64,000 nucleotides of DNA from IMG/VR virus record IMGVR_UViG_3300008107_010192, positions 11,507 through 75,506 of that record, one strand, 5' to 3'. This DNA comes from a virus. Taxonomy: Duplodnaviria; Heunggongvirae; Uroviricota; Caudoviricetes. Of this stretch, positions 1 to 8,642 are shown one piece after another. A program made the position numbers and the translations under genes. The notes beneath the pieces are model-generated. The model was given only the letters and a program-made list of their open reading frames with translations. It was not told where the DNA came from and did not search any database. Every line of letters starts with the position of its first letter. Within the stretch, counting starts at the first letter, position 1.

Positions 1-676
1 ATTTCACACGTTTTTACATATTTGTGAACTTTTTTCATAGAGTTCCACATTTTTTCATTCCATTTTGTTGCATTTGTATGTAAATGGATTCGTTCTAAAT
101 TTGACCATTTTGACTTATCAAAGTTTCTTAAAAAATCTCTAAATCCAACAGAAACAAATGGATCACCACTACCAGTTATATACAGCGTTTTTGTTGTTTT
201 ACCGTATTCATTTTCAATATCCTCAATCGTTTTTTTAATCCTTTGTATTCCATCGGCACTTTCCACAATTAAATCAACCCTACAAGATGGACATTTAAGA
301 TTGCACGTTCTATCAAATGAAAATTGAATTATTGTTGGGGGTTCAGTGATCCCGTTATTAAATAAATCAATTCTTTCTTTTAATTTACTCGGCATCTCAT
401 TCTTATGATAAAGAGTATCAGTATTACCAATTTTTCCAAATGTTACTAATTGATGTAAAAACGGACACTGACCTTTATCACAATATTTATAAGAGCCATC
501 TAAAACGGATTTTCTGATTTCTATAGCCTCTTCGGATTCCCAGGAATTTTTTAATGTGGTGTTTTCTGGTAGATACTTTTTCAACCACGATGCACAACAA
601 AGAAACCTATTTTTATGTTGTATTTCAAGTGACACAAATGGAACAGCACACACATAATTTTTTAAATCGATACTCA
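1..676 (-). CDS. radical SAM protein, N-terminal part (gene continues beyond window start); paralog of the 19540-26531 radical SAM family
   Basis: Manual translation of the minus strand from ATG at 676. N-terminus has Cys pattern CAVPF...CCASW...CDKGQC as in the paralogs, then CNLKCPSC (CxxxCxxC). Not in the ORF track because it is truncated by the window edge. Confidence 0.5.
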
Positions 677-1351
677 TTAAATTATATTTTTAATTTGTCT
701 CTTGTTATTTAATATATCTATTAAAAATTCTGAAAATTCATAGTGGGAGTCCTCGCACCAATGACCATCGTCTACCTCTCCATTGGTTTCTTGTTTTATG
801 TTTCTATATTTTTTAGATAAAATAATCCCACATTTTGACAGGTCTGAACACCATGACCAATGAATTATTTTATTTTTAAGAGAAAAATTAATCAATTTCA
901 TCCAGTTACATATTTCTAGTACGTAAGGGAAATTCGATCTATTAATTAGTAATTCTTGTATTGTTTTTTCCGAGATAAACTCAAATGTCTCAATTTTTTT
1001 ATGTGCAAAAAATCCGTTTTCGTTACCTGGTTCAGGATTGAAATGTCCCCACTGATCTGACTTATTTACTAATCTAAACCTACTTTGATTAGTCCAACCA
1101 AAAATTAAAATATCCCCTTCCTTAATTTTATCAACAACTTTACAAAACTCCTCTAAAATATGCGAGTTATCAACACCTCCCAGTCCTAAATTTATTAAAT
1201 TTAAACCAAGTTTCTCAGCAATAATCTCACCATAAACTTTCGGGACATATCCCTTATATTCAATGTATTTTTGTCTCCAGTGTATTGTTGATCTTTCCGG
1301 GGGGTAAAAATAATCGGTAAACGAATCCCCAAAGGTCCACAGATTATTCAT
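677..1351 (-). CDS. SGNH/GDSL-like hydrolase (paralog family member 1)
   Basis: N-terminal WTFGDSFTD (GDS block I), GLGGVDNS (block II-like), C-terminal DDGHW (DxxH block V-like). Paralogous to 3417, 4558, 13734, 17125, 22025. Confidence 0.5.
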   Translation of the reverse strand: MNNLWTFGDSFTDYFYPPERSTIHWRQKYIEYKGYVPKVYGEIIAEKLGLNLINLGLGGVDNSHILEEFCKVVDKIKEGDILIFGWTNQSRFRLVNKSDQWGHFNPEPGNENGFFAHKKIETFEFISEKTIQELLINRSNFPYVLEICNWMKLINFSLKNKIIHWSWCSDLSKCGIILSKKYRNIKQETNGEVDDGHWCEDSHYEFSEFLIDILNNKRQIKNII

Positions 1352-1893
1352 CAGATCATTGTTTTATTTTTTTCTTGTCTTGTTGTTAATTTAATTGTTA
1401 CATCGGATATCTCGATAGTATGATCTAGCTCTATAATAAAGTTTAAAATTTTAAACAAATCCTCGAATTTGAGTTTATTAAAATTCGCACCAAACATTTT
1501 ATTATTCTCCATTGTACTTGGGTTAAAATTAATAACTCTAACTTTTTTATACGGATTGGCAATATTTAATGTCTGTGATAAATTTATTAGGTGTTTTTTA
1601 TTTGAGACATATAGAGGACTAAAACATCCGTCCTCGTGTACTGCGGACGTTCCAAAATTTATTATTGTTTTTTCTAAATCCTTCCATTTTTCGAATAGTT
1701 CAAAAAAAACCAAGGATTGCTTCACATCTTTACTATATGCATGATTTAAAAATACATCGCATGAAGCTACCTGCGATAATATAGTGTCAATTTCTTCTCT
1801 TAGATCTATTTTAATTATATCGTGGGTCTTTCCCCACATAAGCGAAGCGTAATTGCCAAAACCGTCTGAAGTACCTGATATTGCTATTTTCAT
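1351..1893 (-). CDS. short NAD(P)-binding Rossmann / SDR-like protein (tentative)
   Basis: N-terminal MKIAISGTSDGFGNY resembles the SDR glycine-rich TGxxxGxG motif. Only 180 aa and the catalytic YxxxK is unclear. Confidence 0.3.
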   Translation of the reverse strand: MKIAISGTSDGFGNYASLMWGKTHDIIKIDLREEIDTILSQVASCDVFLNHAYSKDVKQSLVFFELFEKWKDLEKTIINFGTSAVHEDGCFSPLYVSNKKHLINLSQTLNIANPYKKVRVINFNPSTMENNKMFGANFNKLKFEDLFKILNFIIELDHTIEISDVTIKLTTRQEKNKTMI

Positions 1894-2393
1894 ATTAATT
1901 TCGAATTTCCTATTTGTAAATCATTCTTATTTAAAAATAATATAAGGGACCATCTCTCACCTCCTAATATTTTTTTCACTTCATGGTCCCTATCACTTTT
2001 CATTGTATAAATTGTCCCAGTAACTTTAGGAAGTATTTCTAAAGGATTATATGCAATGAATTCTCCACCATCATAACTTTCATTTAAACAAACACCTATA
2101 TTTAAAATTTGATCAGGATGCGTTGTCGAATCATTATGTTTAGCAAATTCATTACCAGCCAAATAACGATGCAAATATATTTCTTGCATTTCATTTATTT
2201 TATTTTTTGAATATTCATCTAAAAGAAATTCTTTCAGTCGATCAAATATCCACTGGGTGTTACTATTTCTAAGTACAACATGATAATAGTAATTAAAATC
2301 ATTTCTTTTAAATAATGATGATGAGTGTTTAGGTTTAAAAGTATTTGATAGATTAATTATCTTATTACATTCTTCTATTGAAAATGAAATCAT
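1890..2393 (-). CDS. 2OG-Fe(II) oxygenase (prolyl-4-hydroxylase-like)
   Basis: HPD (HxD) ... RDHEV (distal His) ... RWS (RxS 2OG-binding) arrangement; DGGEF double-strand beta-helix signature. Confidence 0.6.
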   Translation of the reverse strand: MISFSIEECNKIINLSNTFKPKHSSSLFKRNDFNYYYHVVLRNSNTQWIFDRLKEFLLDEYSKNKINEMQEIYLHRYLAGNEFAKHNDSTTHPDQILNIGVCLNESYDGGEFIAYNPLEILPKVTGTIYTMKSDRDHEVKKILGGERWSLILFLNKNDLQIGNSKLI

Positions 2394-2881
2394 ATTAATT
2401 TTTTTTTATTCATTATGTCGGTTCTTAATCGTTCAGAACTATTCTCGTCAAATAGATCTTCATAATATTGAATTGGTATTTTTAATTTATCAGACAATTC
2501 CTGTAAATCTTGACCCATTTTTATTAAAAGTTCTCTTGATTTATCAATCGTTTCTACTGGTGGTGCGACATATTCATATGGGGTTCCGGAATGATACCCA
2601 TTTCGAATATTGTGATAAAGGTAAGAGTATGATTCGAGATGATTTTTAAAATTTTTTCGATTTAATAATATCACATCATCAAATTTTTTTGATAATTCAA
2701 AATTATTCTCGTGCTGATGTATTATTGTTTTAACAACAACGTTATTCATATCATCGTCATATAAAAAACGATCACTACCGTCAAACGGCTCAAAGATTGC
2801 TCTAAATTCTCTTTCTTTCGAAATTTTATGTAATAAAGATGTAGATCCCGTTCTGGGTAATGATATTATTAAAATTCTCAT
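2390..2881 (-). CDS. sulfotransferase-like protein (Stf0/Sulfotransfer_3-like, tentative)
   Basis: N-terminal ISLPRTGSTSL matches the 5'-phosphosulfate-binding loop PRSGTT. Downstream LNRKNFKNHLES fits the RxxxxxxxS 3'-phosphate-binding motif. Shorter than typical at 163 aa. Confidence 0.45.
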   Translation of the reverse strand: MRILIISLPRTGSTSLLHKISKEREFRAIFEPFDGSDRFLYDDDMNNVVVKTIIHQHENNFELSKKFDDVILLNRKNFKNHLESYSYLYHNIRNGYHSGTPYEYVAPPVETIDKSRELLIKMGQDLQELSDKLKIPIQYYEDLFDENSSERLRTDIMNKKKLI

Positions 2882-3420
2882 ATTAATCTTTTATTGTCAT
2901 ATAATTTAAGATATTTAAAATCTGTATTAGTCATCCAAACATTTAAAGCGCATCTAACCCCAGTCGTGACAGGCATAACCCCATGGTATATTTTACTTCC
3001 ATCAAAAGATATGGACTGTCCTATTTTTAACAAATGTTTTTGTGAATCGTTTATGTTTTTTGATTTTGATAATATAAATCTCCCATCTTCAAAATTTTCG
3101 CTTAAAACTATTACTGTAGTTAGCTGTGAGGTTGAATCCAAGTGTAAATCTAATCTTCTACTATCGTAATATTTGGTAATACTTATATTAAAATCTTCAA
3201 TTTTAAAATCTTTAAAATTAAACCACAATTTAAATTTTTCTTCTTCAAAATTTTTTATGAACCTGTCAAATATCAATTTATTAAATCCTAAATCGGAAAT
3301 TCTTTTACAATCCCAAACCTCGGATGGATTATAATTAAATTTTTTACCCACCCTATCTGCATATTCAATAATTGAATTACATTCCTCACCTCCAAAGAAA
3401 TTGTTTATCGAATAGTTCAT
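2878..3420 (-). CDS. 2OG-Fe(II) oxygenase
   Basis: HLD (HxD) ... IYHGV (distal His) ... VRCAL (Arg) in jelly-roll spacing; paralog of 1890 and 4052. Confidence 0.55.
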   Translation of the reverse strand: MNYSINNFFGGEECNSIIEYADRVGKKFNYNPSEVWDCKRISDLGFNKLIFDRFIKNFEEEKFKLWFNFKDFKIEDFNISITKYYDSRRLDLHLDSTSQLTTVIVLSENFEDGRFILSKSKNINDSQKHLLKIGQSISFDGSKIYHGVMPVTTGVRCALNVWMTNTDFKYLKLYDNKRLI

Positions 3421-4052
3421 AATATTTTTTTATCCTTTATATCCTCCACAAATTCTACAACGGGTTCTTCTATTTCTAATAATCCATGAATTATTTTATA
3501 CATTTCGTAACATCCTTTAGGTCCTGGATGAAAATCTATTTTTTCTCCAACTCCTTCTTCCCAATTGGAAGTTACCTTAATAAGTGTTACAAAGTCAGAG
3601 GTAGGAATGGCGAATTGTTCACTCCATGTAATAAACACTGGATTATATATTTTTAACCATTTTTGGAGATTTTTTAAAAATTTAATGTCATTTTCCCTAA
3701 CACCGTTTATCCAATTATTACCTTCAGTGAGTCTTAAATCATCTAATTTTTCGGCAAATTTACTATCCTTATAATATTGTGGCGATCTGTACTGGTTATT
3801 TAAATATAGTTCTTTTTTATCCCCATAATACCTTCCGGGTAACCTTCCAGGGTCAGTAAATACAATAACAATTCTATCTCCCTCCATATATTCATCTAAA
3901 TTACCTAATTGAAAAATTATTGAGGAGTTATCAGCCCCAAGTTTACCATGTTTATAAACTTCGTAGTGTTTTGATAAATAATATCTCCAATGGTATTTTG
4001 GTATGTGCCAATCAACAAAAGAATCCCCAAAGCAAAATAATCTCGGTTTCAT
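3417..4052 (-). CDS. SGNH/GDSL-like hydrolase (paralog 2)
   Basis: N-terminal LFCFGDSFVDW, GKLGADNSS block; same family as 677. Confidence 0.5.
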   Translation of the reverse strand: MKPRLFCFGDSFVDWHIPKYHWRYYLSKHYEVYKHGKLGADNSSIIFQLGNLDEYMEGDRIVIVFTDPGRLPGRYYGDKKELYLNNQYRSPQYYKDSKFAEKLDDLRLTEGNNWINGVRENDIKFLKNLQKWLKIYNPVFITWSEQFAIPTSDFVTLIKVTSNWEEGVGEKIDFHPGPKGCYEMYKIIHGLLEIEEPVVEFVEDIKDKKIL

Positions 4053-4555
4053 TAAATTAAAGACGTTCTTTTTTTATTAAACATTATAACTAAAACCCTC
4101 CTTTGTCCAGATTCTAACTGTGTAACTTGGTGAACCTGGTTGTTTCCCTCGAAATTAACATACTGTCCAATTTCTGTAAAATTTACATCCTCTCCATCAA
4201 TTATTAATCTTCCTCCCACAAATTCATTCGATAACAAAATTAACGTGGTCTGTAAAACAAAATACTTATCTCTGTGAGGTTTTGTTAAGTTTCCTTTATC
4301 ATATATTAATTCATAGAAAAAATCTATTTCATATTCAGGTTTGCCAAATTTTTCAACAATAAATGAATTAAACTTGCTATCGTGCATCCCATAATATTTC
4401 ATTGATGTCAGGATTAGTGCATCCTCGCCTTTGATAACTATATAGGGATGCTTATATTTTAAATTTTCATATTCTAAAGGATTCATTCCCCCATTTTCCG
4501 AAAGTGCTTGATTGATGTAATCGATCTCTTCGCTATTTAAACAACCAATATCCAT
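4052..4555 (-). CDS. 2OG-Fe(II) oxygenase
   Basis: HRD (HxD), GGRLII, VHQV (His), RRVLV (Arg). Confidence 0.55.
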   Translation of the reverse strand: MDIGCLNSEEIDYINQALSENGGMNPLEYENLKYKHPYIVIKGEDALILTSMKYYGMHDSKFNSFIVEKFGKPEYEIDFFYELIYDKGNLTKPHRDKYFVLQTTLILLSNEFVGGRLIIDGEDVNFTEIGQYVNFEGNNQVHQVTQLESGQRRVLVIMFNKKRTSLI

Positions 4556-4557
4556 AG

Positions 4558-5376
4558 TTATATCAAGATGTTAATTTTTCCTTTAGTCTTTTCCGATATG
4601 ATTTTATTTTCTCCAATAAAACGGTATATTTCATCGGAAATTAGTTCATATCCAAGCTTATTTGGATGTACACCAACAAGGTTAATTGGGTTTTTAAAAT
4701 TCTCCCAAATACTTTTTTTATCAAAACTGGTTAAAAAGTCCCTAAATGTTTCTTTGCGGAATCCCCAATAGTGCCTAGTGTCGATCAAATCGGTTTTATC
4801 AATTTCCCCTATAATATTTTTTGGCAACATCATATCGAATCCATCGCAAAACAAATATCTAATACCCAAATTTTTAAACATATATTGCAAATACAATAAA
4901 TAACCCTGGTTGACTATGTTATAATAATTTTCGTTGTATAAATTAACCGTGTACCATTCCTTATAGTCGATTTTTAATTTATTATAAATTTTATTTTCCC
5001 CATTTGAGCTCAGTATATGATCGTATATGTATTTTTTGTCTAGATGTCTTTTACTCCATGAATGCCATTCATTATCTGGCGGAAAAAATGGCAATTCTTC
5101 CCTTAAGGGGGAAGACCACATTATAATCACTAGATCATTCTCTTTAATCCTACCAGTATCTATACATTTACAAACGCAATTAAATATGAATCGATTATCT
5201 GATCCACCTACTCCGTAATTTTGGAGGTCTATTTTTAATTTTTCTGCTAATTGTTTTGGCCAAGAATATTTGCTCCGAATTTTTGTTTTTTCCTCTAAAC
5301 TACTTACCGCATTCTCTTCTGCTAAATCTCCACCAACACCCTCCGTCCAGCTATCCCCGAATGTATATAATTTCAT
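4558..5376 (-). CDS. SGNH/GDSL-like hydrolase (paralog 3)
   Basis: YTFGDSWTEGVGG (block I), YGVGGSDN (block II/III), GVHPNKLGYELI (block V HPN..G). Confidence 0.55.
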   Translation of the reverse strand: MKLYTFGDSWTEGVGGDLAEENAVSSLEEKTKIRSKYSWPKQLAEKLKIDLQNYGVGGSDNRFIFNCVCKCIDTGRIKENDLVIIMWSSPLREELPFFPPDNEWHSWSKRHLDKKYIYDHILSSNGENKIYNKLKIDYKEWYTVNLYNENYYNIVNQGYLLYLQYMFKNLGIRYLFCDGFDMMLPKNIIGEIDKTDLIDTRHYWGFRKETFRDFLTSFDKKSIWENFKNPINLVGVHPNKLGYELISDEIYRFIGENKIISEKTKGKINILI

Positions 5377-5975
5377 AACAGGTTTTTTTTAAACATCTTA
5401 TTGATTTCTCTTTCTCTTACCCAAATAACTAAAATATATTTTACACCATCCACAATTGGTAAACCAGCATGTAATGATTTTTTATTTAGTGTTCTATCCG
5501 GGTTTAAATTATTCCACACCAGCAAATCCCCCTGATTTCCTTTTATTTTAATTTTTTTCAAAGGAAATTCAGTTTCTCCCCCGATATAATCATCATTTAA
5601 ATAAAATATTCCGGTTATTAATCGATCACCGCTTTCCCCATTAGGTATATTCTTTGGGTCTCCGTAGCAGTCATAATGTGGCTTGTATTCTCCCCCAATT
5701 CCATATCTTATAAAGGATACCGGGGTTTCTTGCTGATTAATGGTTGTTTTTGTTTTTTCTGAGAATATTTTACGAACTTTTTTTAGTAATTCGGATTCAT
5801 TTCCATATACAGCAATTTCAGCTTTTCTATATTTTATATCTGATTCCACATCCCCATTAATTGTTCTCGCAGTTTTAAATTCGTTAAATTCTTTTATTAA
5901 TTTTTCACAATCCATTTTATCTAATACTTCTGCATGTAATTGATATAAAAGGTTATTATTTTCAAAGTATCTCAT
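5373..5975 (-). CDS. 2OG-Fe(II) oxygenase, prolyl 4-hydroxylase-like
   Basis: KPHYDCYGDP (HxD), GGETEF, LHAGLPIVDGVKYILVIW (distal His plus basic residue). Start moved to internal Met (MRYFENN), which gives an ATGA overlap with the stop of the upstream gene; the ORF-track start 6038 would overlap 67 nt. Confidence 0.55.
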   Translation of the reverse strand: MRYFENNNLLYQLHAEVLDKMDCEKLIKEFNEFKTARTINGDVESDIKYRKAEIAVYGNESELLKKVRKIFSEKTKTTINQQETPVSFIRYGIGGEYKPHYDCYGDPKNIPNGESGDRLITGIFYLNDDYIGGETEFPLKKIKIKGNQGDLLVWNNLNPDRTLNKKSLHAGLPIVDGVKYILVIWVREREINKMFKKNLL

Positions 5976-6463
5976 ATAATAGTTTTTAATTTTCCCCAGT
6001 TCTTTATGTCCCCGTATCTTATATAAAATAACGCACAATATCTAACCCCTCTTTTTACTTTTTTCACTTCGTGATATTCGCTTGATTTATAATGATATAT
6101 TTCACCCATCGGTTTCAAGTATGGTTTATCGTTTAAATAAAACTCCCCACCTTCATAATCATCATTTAATAATATATTAATATTATAAATAAAATCTCTA
6201 CTGAGTGAATTAGTGGCGGACCCCGAATCTATATGTTTTTGAATTAGGTCACCCTCAATGTATTTTAATATACCTACATTAATTGTACTAATGTCCAAAT
6301 TTAAATACTCACTACAATATTGAATAATTAAATTTTTAATTTCACCGTCTTCGACTTCAAATAAAGTGGAATAGTATGAACCACCAGTCTTCACCCTTTT
6401 CCATAAATTTTTTGATTCTGATAACTCAATCAAATACCTACAATGACTATTTGAGATTTTCAT
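5972..6463 (-). CDS. 2OG-Fe(II) oxygenase
   Basis: QKHIDSG (HxD), YEGGEFYL, YHEVKKVKRGVRY (His and Arg). Confidence 0.55.
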   Translation of the reverse strand: MKISNSHCRYLIELSESKNLWKRVKTGGSYYSTLFEVEDGEIKNLIIQYCSEYLNLDISTINVGILKYIEGDLIQKHIDSGSATNSLSRDFIYNINILLNDDYEGGEFYLNDKPYLKPMGEIYHYKSSEYHEVKKVKRGVRYCALFYIRYGDIKNWGKLKTII

Positions 6464-6466
6464 TAT

Positions 6467-6976
6467 TTAAATTAAATTTTTATAGATTTTAATCTGATCT
6501 ATTTCATTTGTCAATGATCCATAAATTCCAATTCTTTCTGGGGTTGAAAATTCGTCACATAAAAAATCCTCTGTTTTAAAAATTAATAGATCTCCGTCTT
6601 CCAATACTATTTCTTTTATTTCATTTTTTAATCTTAATGATATCTTACTTTTAAAGGATTTTATAAAAAGAATGAATGAATATTTTGATTTTGGATTTAT
6701 CCCTCTTTTTAACTGCTTATCGAATTTTATTTCTTGGTCCAATTCCTGTTCCTGTATATAAGCGAAGGTGTTTTTGACATATACTTGAAAATCCTCTAGA
6801 GTTTCTTTTTCTAGGTTTTGTAATATGATTTCAATTATTTTTAAAGTTGTGTCCGATTCTAACCACAGGATTCTCTTATTAAATTCGGATTTTACGTGAT
6901 GTGAATTCAGTATAATATCATATTTTAATAGTTCCAAATTAATTTTTGGCTTAACGATTTTATAAAACATGATCAA
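6467..6976 (-). CDS. hypothetical protein, degenerate paralog of the neighbouring oxygenase-like gene
   Basis: Shares the GDLLIFKTEDF segment with 6973..7686 (GDLIFKTEDE) but lacks the metal-binding His/Asp residues. Confidence 0.3.
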   Translation of the reverse strand: MIMFYKIVKPKINLELLKYDIILNSHHVKSEFNKRILWLESDTTLKIIEIILQNLEKETLEDFQVYVKNTFAYIQEQELDQEIKFDKQLKRGINPKSKYSFILFIKSFKSKISLRLKNEIKEIVLEDGDLLIFKTEDFLCDEFSTPERIGIYGSLTNEIDQIKIYKNLI

Positions 6977-7629
6977 GAATTTATATGATTTTTGAAGACG
7001 ATCCTTCTATTTGTTTCCCTAATAGAATTAAAATCATAATTAATATTCGTTGTGTATACTATTCTATCAGATTCTGAACCTAATGTAAGGGTTGGCATAT
7101 GTTGTAAATCACCAGGAAAAAATAGAATATCGCTTTCTTTTGGAGTGAATGAATGTAATTTTTCGTCTTCTGTTTTAAAAATAAGATCCCCTTCTCCATC
7201 TTTAAGATCCGAAGGAATTTGTATATAAAAAACATAGGTCCATTGCGTTTTCAAATTTGTTCTATTCGATGATTCTATCCAGTCATGGGTGTGCATCCAT
7301 TCCATTTTAAAACCCGGAACTTGTATGTATATCCAACTGGATTTTATAAATCTGTCTATTTTGCAAGACAATTTTTTCCTTAAAAAATCCAATGCCTGAT
7401 TATCTACAGATCTAAATTCATCGCATCCAATATGGACGTCCAATGAATTTTGTACCCTGTATGTCTCGTTTTGGTATAAGGATTCGTTTTGATATATTCT
7501 AGTTAAAAATTCTTTTTTCGAAAACTGATTATCGTACCTTGTCTTGTAGATTGTGTATTTTTCTGACAGCTTATATTGTTCTGAAAAGTTTATTTTTTTC
7601 ATATTTCCCATATTTAGTAAACAGTTCAT
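6973..7629 (-). CDS. cupin/2OG-oxygenase-like protein (divergent)
   Basis: HTHDW and LQHMP His-containing segments flank a beta-rich core. Start is uncertain: ORF-track start 7686 overlaps the upstream gene by 116 nt and internal Mets lie at 7629/7611/7602. Confidence 0.3.
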   Translation of the reverse strand: MNCLLNMGNMKKINFSEQYKLSEKYTIYKTRYDNQFSKKEFLTRIYQNESLYQNETYRVQNSLDVHIGCDEFRSVDNQALDFLRKKLSCKIDRFIKSSWIYIQVPGFKMEWMHTHDWIESSNRTNLKTQWTYVFYIQIPSDLKDGEGDLIFKTEDEKLHSFTPKESDILFFPGDLQHMPTLTLGSESDRIVYTTNINYDFNSIRETNRRIVFKNHINS

Positions 7630-8005
7630 TTCCACGATATATTTTTTTCGTGGCAATCGATAAATTTCTATCAATATTCGGTTCACTATCCCAAGAACAG
7701 CTGTTTACCCAGTGCATGGGTGTTTTAAATATCCAATGACAATTTTTTTCTAGATTGACATTAAACGTCCATTCGTCACCAATCTTAGAAAATTCGTACA
7801 TATCATAAACATGGATCTTAACGTTATAATCAAGGGAATTTAATTCTGATTCAGTTAATTGGTAAATCCCTGAATCCCCCTTCCAGTTAACGAATATTTC
7901 TTCCCCCTCATCGATATCTCTAAGAGCAAAAATACCTACTCCGTGTATATTGCTCGGCGACATTTTAACGTTCACATGATTTTTGATGTATTCATATGCA
8001 GTCAT
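7571..8005 (-). CDS. SET-domain protein (putative protein lysine methyltransferase)
   Basis: IHGVGIFALRDIDEGEEIF (GxG..FA..I..GE.I SET N-region), VNSCSWDSEPN (NHSC.PN-like), RGNELFTKYG (EEL..YG C-flank), ~140 aa like viral vSET. Confidence 0.5.
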   Translation of the reverse strand: MTAYEYIKNHVNVKMSPSNIHGVGIFALRDIDEGEEIFVNWKGDSGIYQLTESELNSLDYNVKIHVYDMYEFSKIGDEWTFNVNLEKNCHWIFKTPMHWVNSCSWDSEPNIDRNLSIATKKIYRGNELFTKYGKYEKNKLFRTI

Positions 8006-8478
8006 TATATGAAATTTTTTGGTGTGGTTCTGAATTGAGATCCATAGTTTCCTAATATCTCTTCACCTTCTTTTATCTTTCTAATTGCAACAGGTGCCAC
8101 ATTATTATTGCTATCCACGTTACAGTTTTTCAATCCACTGTTCATAAACATTTTTGGCCAAATGTATATCCAGTGATAACCTCGCTCTAAGGGGAAAAAT
8201 ATTTTTCCATATTCCTTAGGTATGATTTGTTCGACCCCATTTTTATCAACAAACCACATTTTATTGTCAAAGGTTTCGTATAAATTTTTTTGGAGCTTAT
8301 CAGGGAGTGTGAATAATTCTTCCTGTGTAATTGAATATATCCCACTCTCCCCATGCCAAAGATCAAAAACAGATTCACCTGCTTCAATATCTCTAATGGC
8401 AAAAAATCCAACGCCCTCTACAGAACTCGGCTTAAGTATTGCTGTGACCTTTTGCTGAAGATATTCTAAAGGAGTCAT
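8005..8478 (-). CDS. SET-domain protein (paralog of 7571..8005)
   Basis: VEGVGFFAIRDIEAGESVF, MNSGLKNCNV, IKEGEEILGNYG; directly tandem to the other SET gene. Confidence 0.55.
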   Translation of the reverse strand: MTPLEYLQQKVTAILKPSSVEGVGFFAIRDIEAGESVFDLWHGESGIYSITQEELFTLPDKLQKNLYETFDNKMWFVDKNGVEQIIPKEYGKIFFPLERGYHWIYIWPKMFMNSGLKNCNVDSNNNVAPVAIRKIKEGEEILGNYGSQFRTTPKNFI

Positions 8479-8642
8479 AAATATCCACAGAATTTAAGAA
8501 TGTTTTAACTTAATCAGTTCTACAAGTTTTGACAATATAGTGAAGGTTTTCTGTTTTTTATCCTCGCTGATCGATGAAGCTTGTCTTAATTTAAGATCAA
8601 CAGTATTAATTGACTTATATTTTGTTGGTTTTATCATGATCT

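Noticed and set aside
5976-6038. N-terminal 21 codons of ORF 5373..6038 (start at 6038)
   Set aside because: They would overlap the upstream gene by 67 nt. The internal Met at 5975 gives a standard ATGA stop-start overlap and leaves the oxygenase domain intact, so the shorter gene model was preferred.
8187-8411. ORF 8187..8411- nested within the SET gene in another frame
   Set aside because: Same-strand, out-of-frame nested ORF with no motifs; the SET gene frame carries all recognisable motifs.
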